Assembly: GCA_040954595.2 (NCBI GenBank)
Contig: CM082588.2
Span: forward strand, 7,422,744-7,486,743
DNA: 64,000 bases
Direction of reading: 5' to 3'
From: Balanoglossus misakiensis
Lineage: Eukaryota > Animalia > Hemichordata
Shown: positions 30,100 through 41,200 of the stretch, piece after piece
Layout: every line of letters begins with the position of its first letter
How positions within the stretch are numbered: position 1 is the stretch's first letter
The notes under the pieces: generated by a model
Seen by the model: only the letters and a program-made list of their open reading frames with translations
Told to the model about the DNA's origin: nothing
Databases searched by the model: none
Position numbers and translations under genes: made by a program

Positions 30100-33000
30100 A
30101 CAACAACAACAACAACACGATTCATTCCTCTATTCCCAGTGCTAACCTGTTTTCTCAGGTGGTTATAGGTCTTATTGGCCTTGACTTTGACTTCCCATGT
30201 TTTGCATGGTTGCTTTACACTTACCATTGTGACCATTTGCTGGTTCACTACTACGGGAGCACTCGGTGCGGGCGCACTTTGAAAACAAAACGTATATAGT
30301 ATAAATATCACTTTTAAAATGACAATGAAAGGTATGGTGTTCAGATGTTTTAAATACTTAGCATGTGTAAAAAATATTATGTGGCTTAGGTGTTTAGACC
30401 GGATGAGAAATCATGATATTCGCAGCCACGAAGTTTAAAGGTGAAATAACCGTTAAATACCATCATGAAATACTGAATTTCTATTCTAATAACATGAATT
30501 ACTTACTCATTGCTTGTCTGATCTACAATAAATAATATGAAAACAAATCATTTTTTTACAATTCTCATCCAATTACTGTCTTTTAACAAATATTAGAAAT
30601 GTGGAAAAATTATGGTTTCCTGATATGCTAATGTACGTATTCACAATATATTATCAAATACATGTTGATAAAAAATACAGTTTCTTGATAATGCAATCTG
30701 ATGTAAGGGAATAGAAAACAGGATATGTAAGTATGCTCATTACTTTGTGGATTTTATATTCGACAGTTCGGAAGAATTGCTTACATCGTTTATACCAACA
30801 CCATATTATTATTGCGAATGTCCCCACACAGACGATGAATGCAATAATATATGGGTAATCAGCAAAGCGGCTTACATCTCGTACTGTCGGAGAGAAAAGG
30901 CAATTAATAGTGCACAGTCACCTCCAATTTACATATGTCCATAAATGGCAAAAAATGGCGTATCTGAGCGTTCTAAAGAACATATGGTGGCGCTCTTTTT
31001 TTCGCGTGTGCCACCCACTGAAAATCTGTGATTGGCTAGATCTCAATTTGCCATGGTAAACTGTAGCTAAATTTCCATAGGTGACGGTAAACCTTTAAAA
31101 TGACGAGATGCATTAGAGTTTGGTTGCATACTACCCCGCCTACACCACATGGTTATCACGGGATTAATCTTTATGTCAACATTAGCAACAGATTATCTTG
31201 CAGTGTACACAGCACATTGGCACTGCTGGAACTCCTTTCAGAATCATTTTACAACAAACTGTATCCTAGACTTGCTCCAAGTCTATGGGCTTCATTATGT
31301 GTAGGGGACGCTACCCGAAACCACAAGCTCAGTCGCAAATTCGAAACTCACCTCACTACCAAAAGCACGCCCAAGGCAAGCATGCATGCACGCAAAAAAA
31401 GTATTGCAATTATTTATTAAGACAAAAAACCACTGAAAACACAAAAAGTATTGAGATTTAAAATTCGCCAAGCGACTAGTGAAGTCACGAAATTGTCATT
31501 ATGACAAAATGACAATTTCCCGACTTCGCGAATTGTGGTGATTTTGTCATTGTTGGACATTTTGCATGGGTTATAACTCAAGGAAATTGTCAAAAAAATG
31601 ACAATTTCCAGACTTTGTGAATTTTGGTGACTTTGTCATTTTTGGACATCAAGTTTCATGGGTTATAGCTGATTGGACATTTTCTTTCTAAAACTGCGCG
31701 CTCGTGCCCCAACAAATTGAATTGTCACCCCTTAATGATCAAAATTCCAAAACGTAAGGTCATTCCGGGGTCAAAAACGTACCTGATACGAATAATTGGC
31801 CATGTGGTGGAGATGGTCTCAAATCTGATTTTGTCCAGCAATCATAGTATGCCTCCAAGTCCTTTGTAGCAGACAGGATTGTCAAAGTCCAACTGGTGTT
31901 GTCCGGCATGTCACTATTTTCTACAAGAAACTTGCCAATGCCCCAATCGTTTACCATGCGAATTTCTCCACTACTGGAAACGTAGGCAATGTGCTTCCAA
32001 CAGAGACCATAACTGTTGTTTCTACAAGATCCCCAGACGACGTCTTCTGGTTCGGTCAGCCCATTCCCATCGACATACCAAACCACGCTGCAGTTGAACA
32101 CCACTTCACTATACTCTTCGACGTGGACAGTGTTTTCCGGCCCGGCAATGATTGCTGTGGAAATGACGCCCTGAATAAAAACTAAAACACACCACAAGAA
32201 AGGGAATTGTTATATCAACATGGGATGGATCAAAAGTCCTTACTTGTTCCCTCAAACTCCACAGTCATACAGTCGAACGCCGATTATCCGGATTTCGGAT
32301 TATCCGAACGCTTCGGTACGGTCCCTGAACATTTACACATGTAATTAGCCAGGCTAATCACCTGTTTTCTCGGCGGTCTGTGACATTTCCGCAGGAAAAT
32401 TGACAATTTAGACGGTCAGTTCTAATTGTTTCAGTTGTCATTAGAGTGTCACACTTTCGTGTATCGTACCATTTGATACTAGGATTTCACACTCAAGTGT
32501 AAACACGTAAAAATCACTCGTCGCGTCGGCACGGCTTTGGTCAAGTGTAATTGGAATTTTGTAGACAGTTTGGCCTGGCTCTCCCTTTTGTGTAATTTCA
32601 CCCCCGCTCTGCTCAATCTGGTTCATAACAATGATTGATCTAAAGATATATGAAATTCCTTTGTGTGGCAGTTTCTTTTCAGATTCACGAAAATCACGAG
32701 GAGGATTGATAATTAATATGAACTACCTACTTGATTATAAAATATCTCATCCAACGTTCAAAATACTGATATAATATTATAGCAATGCTTAAATAAAACA
32801 ACTGGTCCACATAATATTATTATTGTTAATATATACCAATAAAATGATTCTGCTTGACTTTATCATATAGTGAACGAAACTCTGAACATTGTTTTTTACT
32901 TTCTCTTTTAGTTTTCTACTATTTATTTTTTTCGCGTTTATCACGATGGTGCACGAATGAGGTTAGTTGATAAACAGTTATTTGGAGTTGCTATGCACGC

Positions 33001-33904
33001 TATGCCAAATGTAAACAGTTGAGTTATGGGCCGCCCAATCGATAACTTGTTGAAACTGAAAACTGTTAGTAGGTCAATGGTTGAAAGACTGAAATGTGGT
33101 GCTGCTAAGCTTGTAGGGTCTTACGTCAATGCGAACAGGAATTCAAATCTCCGGTCTGTTGACCATGATGAAACCAATCAGCCATTGAATAAAGCAGATT
33201 TCTCATATCACTTGACTCATCTCGTTTGGAACTAACCAATTTCTAAGCAACTGACTATACAACCGCACATATGTCACATGCATACCTTATATTTATTTAT
33301 ATGTCTGTCTGTCTGTCTGTCTGTCACGTCTGTTCAACATGAACGGTCTACTTAAAGTCGCAGGGATTTGATAAGGACTTGAATTATAGTTTTCTGTCGA
33401 TTTTCGCATACTTAAAACCTCAAAAGTAAATGTTTTCTCCGTAGCCCTGTTACGGACGGACCCACCGTGGCACCCCATAAGTATGCAACCATTATGTAGT
33501 CACTTGACAGTCATGCGCTTTTGCAGACCACCTAACACTCCGTTTTTACCCCGTTTTACCAAAACGCCACATGATTTCTGCTGGAAATTAGTTCATTAAC
33601 AAGGGTTGGTAAAATCCTGTAAACCACATGAGCAGTTTTTCCGTTCGCCCTCCCTTCAACGTTATGACGCTGTAACGTTTATTACTAAAATTACACTCTT
33701 AGTATAACGTCTTCAACAGCACATAGCAGAACAACAGACGCTTATAAAATTTGATAATGATAATGGTACGATGACGCGTCAACGACTTTGGGGTCTGAAT
33801 TGGACAGAAAAGGAAAATATAATTAGTGTGTGATACTTACATGTACCAGCCACCCATACGATTACAATCTGTGTGTCAAAGCTCATTGGGAATCGTGCTG
33901 TCAT
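29383..33904 (-). CDS. Single V-type immunoglobulin-domain type I membrane protein (~212 aa), 6 coding exons
   Basis: Exons: 33904-33841 (signal peptide MTARFPMSFDTQIVIVWVAGT), 32181-31783 (Ig: VVFNC...VVW...WTLTILSATKDLEAYYDC), 30883-30785 (TM: YPYIIAFIVCVGTFAIIIWCWYKR), 30522-30507 (16-bp microexon), 30276-30225 (DAPAPSAPVVVNQQMVTM), 29391-29383 (GN-stop). Intron phases are compatible and the total is 639 nt. The last three exons are less certain. Confidence 0.75.
29782..30133. repeat. ~350-bp foldback whose arms contain (GTT)n(GAT)n and (ATC)n(AAC)n microsatellites
   Basis: The left arm ATAGAAGAATGAATCGTGTTGTT...(GAT)n...TTTAAATCAATGTGTCATTTCTTGCTATTGTTTGTTGATGT pairs with ATATCGACAAACAATAGCAAGAAATGAAACATTGATTTAAA...(CAT)n(CAA)nCACGATTCATTCCTCTAT. 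Confidence 0.9.
31505..31670 (+). repeat. About two diverged monomers related to the 88-bp satellite
   Basis: CGACTTCGCGAATT, GTCATTTTTGGA, CATGGGTTATAACTCA and CATGGGTTATAGCT, with 92-bp spacing between the CATGGG motifs (31565, 31657). Confidence 0.7.
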
Positions 33905-34277
33905 TTCGGTTGTATTTATGGATCGCTCTCGAAGAGAAATGCCAATACCTGTAACTAGTGATGCCTAAAAATGAAACAATGTATAAAAAGCAAACTTCAA
34001 GTTAAATCTGAATGTCTTTGATGTCTGGTTGGTTCCTTGTAAGGGTGCATGTTGTTACAATTGTGGGGGAAATACGATATCAGCTCCGCCATATACACTG
34101 TGAAAACTTCTATAAAGGAGGCCAATAAAACAGGCAAAAGTTATTGCTGTATTTGTCGGAAATACATGACAAGTCCAGCTAAATCCAAATCTGCATTAAC
34201 AATAATTACATATCAATTCAGGAAATGTAATTGGCCCTGTAGCAACAGTGCATATACAGGTAAATACAGTGCTGTAT

Positions 34278-34401
34278 TTATTGTATTGTATTGTATTGTA
34301 TTGTATTGTATTGTATTGTATTGTATTGTATTGTATTGTATTGTATTGTATTGTATTGTATTGTATTGTATTGTATTGTATTGTATTGTATTGTATTGTA
34401 T
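34278..34401 (+). repeat. (TTGTA)n pentanucleotide microsatellite
   Basis: About 24 perfect TATTG units. Confidence 0.97.
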
Positions 34402-35257
34402 GAAAGGTTAATCCTATCACAGCTCAACAGTAAATTTAAAAATTACAGAGTAAAAACCACGCAGGAACACAAAAAATCACATCACTCAATTCTGTCTGTA
34501 TGTCAGCCTTTTCACGCAGTGTGATTTTTTTACTCAGAATTATTTCCCTGTGTTTCAGGATAATTCCCTGTTTCTGTTTTCATGAGACGGTGGCAGAGCT
34601 ACGGTCTTAACTTCATGAAGGTGTAGTCGTTCATTCAGTATAACCACAGGACATTTTCGTTACACATCCCTAAAAAAATTTTAAATGAAAAGTACTTACG
34701 ATTGCGACTTGCCTCAAGTAACTGCGTGTGCTTATGAAGTTTGGCTTAGCGAAACTAATGCAATCAAATAGGAAAATGCCTATTTGACTAGTTGAGCCTT
34801 TAAGGAAACTGTCTTACATTTATTGTCAAAGTCTTATCAACTTCAACATTTGAAGTACCGTTAACGGTTTTCACTCATTCTGTTTCAACAGTGAGCCCAA
34901 TAACCAGCATTCTCTCTATGTTTGATTAATTATGCAAATGAGCATATACAGAAATCTTCTCATGGAAAAGGTTGTGAATTGTATAATATTGGTCTAATAT
35001 TGGTCCGAGGAAGGCTGCGGTCCCAGTCATCGAAACGAACGTCCGCTCCTGGGGGCGCTACGTTTTACTAGTTTTAGCTCTCACAATTGAGATTTGCGCG
35101 ATGTCACCACCGTGCGGCGCATGTTATGTCCGCAACCCCGGGGGCTCAACCCTAGCATGAAGTGAAACACATGGATCGTTTTTGTGTAGCCTTATCACCA
35201 CTAATTACTCATATTTTCCCGGTTTTCTGATTGGTTTATTCGAATAATACATACACA

Positions 35258-38200
35258 CATGGGTTATAGCTCATGAAAATGGTCCAGAAACCTCAATTTT
35301 TCGACTTCGCGAATTTTCAAAATTTGGTCATTTTTTGATAAAAACCATGGGTTATAGCTCATGAAAATGGTCCAGAAACCTCAATTTTTCGACTTCGCGA
35401 ATTTTCCAAATTTGGTCATTTTTTGATAAAAAACCATGGGTTATACCTCATGAAAATGGTCCAGAAACCTCAATTTTTCGACTTCGCGAATTTTCCAAAT
35501 TTGGTCATTTTTTGATAAAAACCATGGGTTATAGCCCATGAAAATGGTCAAGAAACCTCAATTTTTCGACTTCAAAATGTGGTCATTTTTTGATAAAAAC
35601 CATGGGTTATAGCTCATGAAAATGGTCCAGAAACCTCAATTTTTCGACTTCGCGAATTTTCAAAATGTGGTCATTTTTTGATAAAAACCATGGGTTATAG
35701 CCCATGAAAATGGTCCAGAAACCTCAATTTTTCGACTTCGCGAATTTTCAAAATGTGGTCATTTTTTGATAAAAACCATGGGTTATAGCCCATGAAAATG
35801 GTCCAGAAACCTCAATTTTTCAACTTCGCGAATTTTCAAAATGTGGTCATTTTTTGATAAAAACCATGGGTTATAGCCCATGAAAATGGTCCAGAAACCT
35901 CAATTTTTCGACTTCGCGAATTTTCAAAATGTGGTCATTTTTTGATAAAAACCATGGGTTATAGCCCATGAAAATGGTCCAGCAACCTCAATTTTTCGAC
36001 TTCGCGAATTTTCAAAAAGTGGTCATTTTTTGATAAAAACCATGGGTTATAGCCCATGAAAATGGTCAAGAAACCTCAATTTTTCAACTTCGCGAATTTT
36101 CAAAATGTGGTCATTTTTTGATAAAAACCATGGGTTATAGCCCATGAAAATGGTCTAGAAACCTCAATTTTTCGACTTCGCGAATTTTCAAAATGTGGTC
36201 ATTTTTTGATAAAAACCATGGGTTATAGCCCATGAAAATGGTCAAGAAACCTCAATTTTTCGACTTCGCGAATTTTCAAAATGTGGTCATTTTTTGATAA
36301 AAACCATGGGTTATAGCCCATGAAAATGGTCTAGAAACCTCAATTTTTCGACTTCGCGAATTTTCAAAATGTGGTCATTTTTTGATAAAAACCATGGGTT
36401 ATAGCCCATGAAAATGGTCCAGAAACCTCAATTTTTCAACTTCGCGAATTTTCAAAATGTGGTCATTTTTTGATAAAAACCATGGGTTATAGCCCATGAA
36501 AATGGTCCAGAAACCTCAATTTTTCGACTTCGCGAATTTTCAAAATGTGGTCATTTTTTGATAAAAACCATGGGTTATAGCTCATGAAAATGGTCCAGAA
36601 ACCTCAATTTTTCGACATCGCGAATTTTCAAAATTTGGTCATTTTTTGATAAAAACCATGGGTTATAGCCCATGAAAATGGTCCAGAAACCTCAATTTTT
36701 CGACTCCGCGAATTTTCAAAATGTGGTCATTTTTTGATAAAAACCATGGGTTATAGCCCATGAAAATGGTCCAGAAACCTCAATTTTTCAACTTCGCGAA
36801 TTTTCAAAATGTGGTCATTTTTTGATAAAAACCATGGGTTATAGCCCATGAAAATGGTCTAGAAACCTCAATTTTTCGACTTCGGGAATTTTCAAAATGT
36901 GGTCATTTTTTGATAAAAACCATGGGTTATAGCCCATGAAAATGGTCTAGAAACCTCAATTTTTCGACTTCGGGAATTTTCAAAATGTGGTCATTTTTTG
37001 ATAAAAACCATGGGTTATAGCCCATGAAAATGGTCCAGAAACCTCAATTTTTCAACTTCGCGAATTTTCAAAATGTGGTCATTTTTTGATAAAAACCATG
37101 GGTTATAGCCCATGAAAATGGTCAAGAAACCTCAATTTTTCGACTTCGCGAATTTTCAAAATGTGGTCATTTTTTGATAAAAACCATGGGTTATAGCCCA
37201 TGAAAATGGTCTAGAAACCTCAATTTTTCGACTTCGGGAATTTTCAAAATGTGGTCATTTTTTGATAAAAACCATGGGTTATAGCCCATGAAAATGGTCC
37301 AGAAACCTCAATTTTTCAACTTCGCGAATTTTCAAAATGTGGTCATTTTTTGATAAAAACCATGGGTTATAGCCCATGAAAATGGTCCAGAAACCTCAAT
37401 TTTTCAACTTCGCGAATTTTCAAAATGTGGTCATTTTTTGATAAAAACCATGGGTTATAGCCCATGAAAATGGTCCAGCAACCTCAATTTTTCGACTTCG
37501 CGAATTTTCAAAATGTGGTCATTTTTTGATAAAAACCATGGGTTATAGCCCATGAAAATGGTCCAGAAACCTCAATTTTTCGACTCCGCGAATTTTCAAA
37601 ATGTGGTCATTTTTTGATAAAAACCATGGGTTATAGCCCATGAAAATGGTCCAGAAACCTCAATTTTTCGACTCCGCGAATTTTCAAAATGTGGTCATTT
37701 CATGATAAAAACCATGGGTTATAGCCCATGAAAATGGTCCAGAAACCTCAATTTTTCGACTTCGCGAATTTTCGAAATGTGGTCATTTTTTGATAAAAAC
37801 CATGGGTTATAGCCCATGAAAATGGTCCAGAAACCTCAATTTTTCGACTTCGCGAATTTTCAAAATGTGGTCATTTTTTGATAAAAACCATGGGTTATAG
37901 CCCATGAAAATGGTCCAGCAACCTCAATTTTTCAACTTCGCGAATTTTCAAAATGTGGCCATTTCATGATAAAAACCATGGGTTATAGCCCATGAAAATG
38001 GTCCAGAAACCTCAATTTTTCAACTTCGCGAATTTTCAAAATGTGGTCATTTTTTGATAAAAACCATGGGTTATAGCCCATGAAAATGGTCTAGAAACCT
38101 CAATTTTTCGACTTCGCGAATTTTCAAAATGTGGTCATTTTTTGATAAAAACCATGGGTTATAGCCCATGAAAATGGTCAAGAAACCTCAATTTTTCGAC

Positions 38201-41200
38201 TTCGCGAATTTTCAAAATGTGGTCATTTTTTGATAAAAACCATGGGTTATAGCCCATGAAAATGGTCCAGAAACCTCAATTTTTCAACTTTGCGAATTTT
38301 CAAAATGTGGTCATTTTTTGATAAAAACCATGGGTTATAGCCCATGAAAATGGTCCAGAAACCTCAATTTTTCGACTTCGCGAATTTTCAAAATGTGGTC
38401 ATTTTTTGATAAAAACCATGGGTTATAGCCCATGAAAATGGTCCAGCAACCTCAATTTTTCGACTTCGCGAATTTTCAAAATGTGGTCATTTTTTGATAA
38501 AAACCATGGGTTATAGCCCATGAAAATGGTCCAGAAACCTCAATTTTTCGACTCCGCGAATTTTCAAAATGTGGTCATTTCATGATAAAAACCATGGGTT
38601 ATAGCCCATGAAAATGGTCCAGAAACCTCAATTTTTCGACTTCGCGAATTTTCAAAATGTGGTCATTTTTTGATAAAAACCATGGGTTATAGCCCATGAA
38701 AATGGTCCAGAAACCTCAATTTTTCGACTTCGCGAATTTTCAAAATGTGGTCATTTTTTGATAAAAACCATGGGTTATAGCCCATGAAAATGGTCCAGAA
38801 ACCTCAATTTTTCGACTTCGCGAATTTTCAAAATGTGGTCATTTTTTGATAAAAACCATGGGTTATAGCCCATGAAAATGGTCCAGAAACCTCAATTTTT
38901 CGACTTCGCGAATTTTCAAAATGTGGTCATTTTTTGATAAAAACCATGGGTTATAGCCCATGAAAATGGTCCAGAAACCTCAATTTTTCGACTTCAAAAT
39001 GTGGTCATTTTTTGATAAAAACCATGGGTTATAGCTCATGAAAATGGTCCAGAAACCTCAATTTTTCGACTTCGGGAATTTTCAAAATGTGGTCATTTTT
39101 TGATAAAAACCATGGGTTATAGCCCATGAAAATGGTCCAGAAACCTCAATTTTTCAACTTCGCGAATTTTCAAAATGTGGTCATTTTTTGATAAAAACCA
39201 TGGGTTATAGCCCATGAAAATGGTCAAGAAACCTCAATTTTTCGACTTCGCGAATTTTCAAAATGTGGTCATTTTTTGATAAAAACCATGGGTTATAGCC
39301 CATGAAAATGGTCTAGAAACCTCAATTTTTCGACTTCGGGAATTTTCAAAATGTGGTCATTTTTTGATAAAAACCATGGGTTATAGCCCATGAAAATGGT
39401 CCAGAAACCTCAATTTTTCAACTTCGCGAATTTTCAAAATGTGGTCATTTTTTGATAAAAACCATGGGTTATAGCCCATGAAAATGGTCCAGAAACCTCA
39501 ATTTTTCAACTTCGCGAATTTTCAAAATGTGGTCATTTTTTGATAAAAACCATGGGTTATAGCCCATGAAAATGGTCCAGCAACCTCAATTTTTCGACTT
39601 CGCGAATTTTCAAAATGTGGTCATTTTTTGATAAAAACCATGGGTTATAGCCCATGAAAATGGTCCAGAAACCTCAATTTTTCGACTCCGCGAATTTTCA
39701 AAATGTGGTCATTTTTTGATAAAAACCATGGGTTATAGCCCATGAAAATGGTCCAGAAACCTCAATTTTTCGACTTCGCGAATTTTCGAAATGTGGTCAT
39801 TTTTTGATAAAAACCATGGGTTATAGCCCATGAAAATGGTCCAGAAACCTCAATTTTTCGACTTCGCGAATTTTCAAAATGTGGTCATTTTTTGATAAAA
39901 ATCATGGGTTATAGCCCATGAAAATGGTCCAGAAACCTCAATTTTTCAACTTCGCGAATTTTCAAAATGTGGCCATTTCATGATAAAAACCATGGGTTAT
40001 AGCCCATGAAAATGGTCCAGAAACCTCAATTTTTCAACTTCGCGAATTTTCAAAATGTGGTCATTTTTTGATAAAAACCATGGGTTATAGCCCATGAAAA
40101 TGGTCTAGAAACCTCAATTTTTCGACTTCGCGAATTTTCAAAATGTGGTCATTTTTTGATAAAAACCATGGGTTATAGCCCATGAAAATGGTCAAGAAAC
40201 CTCAATTTTTCGACTTCGCGAATTTTCAAAATGTGGTCATTTTTTGATAAAAACCATGGGTTATAGCCCATGAAAATGGTCCAGAAACCTCAATTTTTCA
40301 ACTTTGCGAATTTTCAAAATGTGGTCATTTTTTGATAAAAACCATGGGTTATAGCCCATGAAAATGGTCCAGAAACCTCAATTTTTCGACTTCGCGAATT
40401 TTCAAAATGTGGTCATTTTTTGATAAAAACCATGGGTTATAGCCCATGAAAATGGTCCAGCAACCTCAATTTTTCGACTTCGCGAATTTTCAAAATGTGG
40501 TCATTTTTTGATAAAAACCATGGGTTATAGCCCATGAAAATGGTCCAGAAACCTCAATTTTTCGACTCCGCGAATTTTCAAAATGTGGTCATTTCATGAT
40601 AAAAACCATGGGTTATAGCCCATGAAAATGGTCTAGAAACCTCAATTTTTCGACTTCGCGAATTTTCAAAATGTGGTCATTTTTTGATAAAAACCATGGG
40701 TTATAGCCCATGAAAATGGTCCAGAAACCTCAATTTTTCGACTTCGCGAATTTTCAAAATGTGGTCATTTTTTGATAAAAACCATGGGTTATAGCCCATG
40801 AAAATGGTCCAGAAACCTCAATTTTTCGACTTCGCGAATTTTCAAAATGTGGTCATTTTTTGATAAAAACCATGGGTTATAGCCCATGAAAATGGTCCAG
40901 AAACCTCAATTTTTCGACTTCGCGAATTTTCAAAATGTGGTCATTTTTTGATAAAAACCATGGGTTATAGCCCATGAAAATGGTCCAGAAACCTCAATTT
41001 TTCGACTTCGCGAATTTTCAAAATGTGGTCATTTTTTGATAAAAACCATGGGTTATAGCCCATGAAAATGGTCCAGAAACCTCAATTTTTCGACTTAAAA
41101 ATGTGGTCATTTTTTGATAAAAACCATGGGTTATAGCTCATGAAAATGGTCCAGAAACCTCAATTTTTCGACTTCGCGAATTTTCAAAATGTGGTCATTT

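Noticed and set aside
29736-30311. Poly-Met and poly-Asp ORFs
   Set aside because: These are translations of the (GAT)n/(ATC)n tracts. Only 30225-30276 is a plausible exon.
32268-32320. Tigger/pogo-like terminus TACAGTCGAACGCCGATTATCCG
   Set aside because: No matching second TIR was found, so boundaries cannot be supported.
34049-34524. ORFs with YCIVL / IQYNT repeats
   Set aside because: Translations of the (TTGTA)n microsatellite.
35001-35046. Hammerhead-ribozyme-like string CCGAGGA-AGGCTG...CAGTC-ATCGAAAC...GTC near the satellite edge
   Set aside because: The core should be CTGAnGA (here CCGAGGA) and I cannot form stem I. At most it is a decayed Penelope-type remnant. An Infernal search would settle it.
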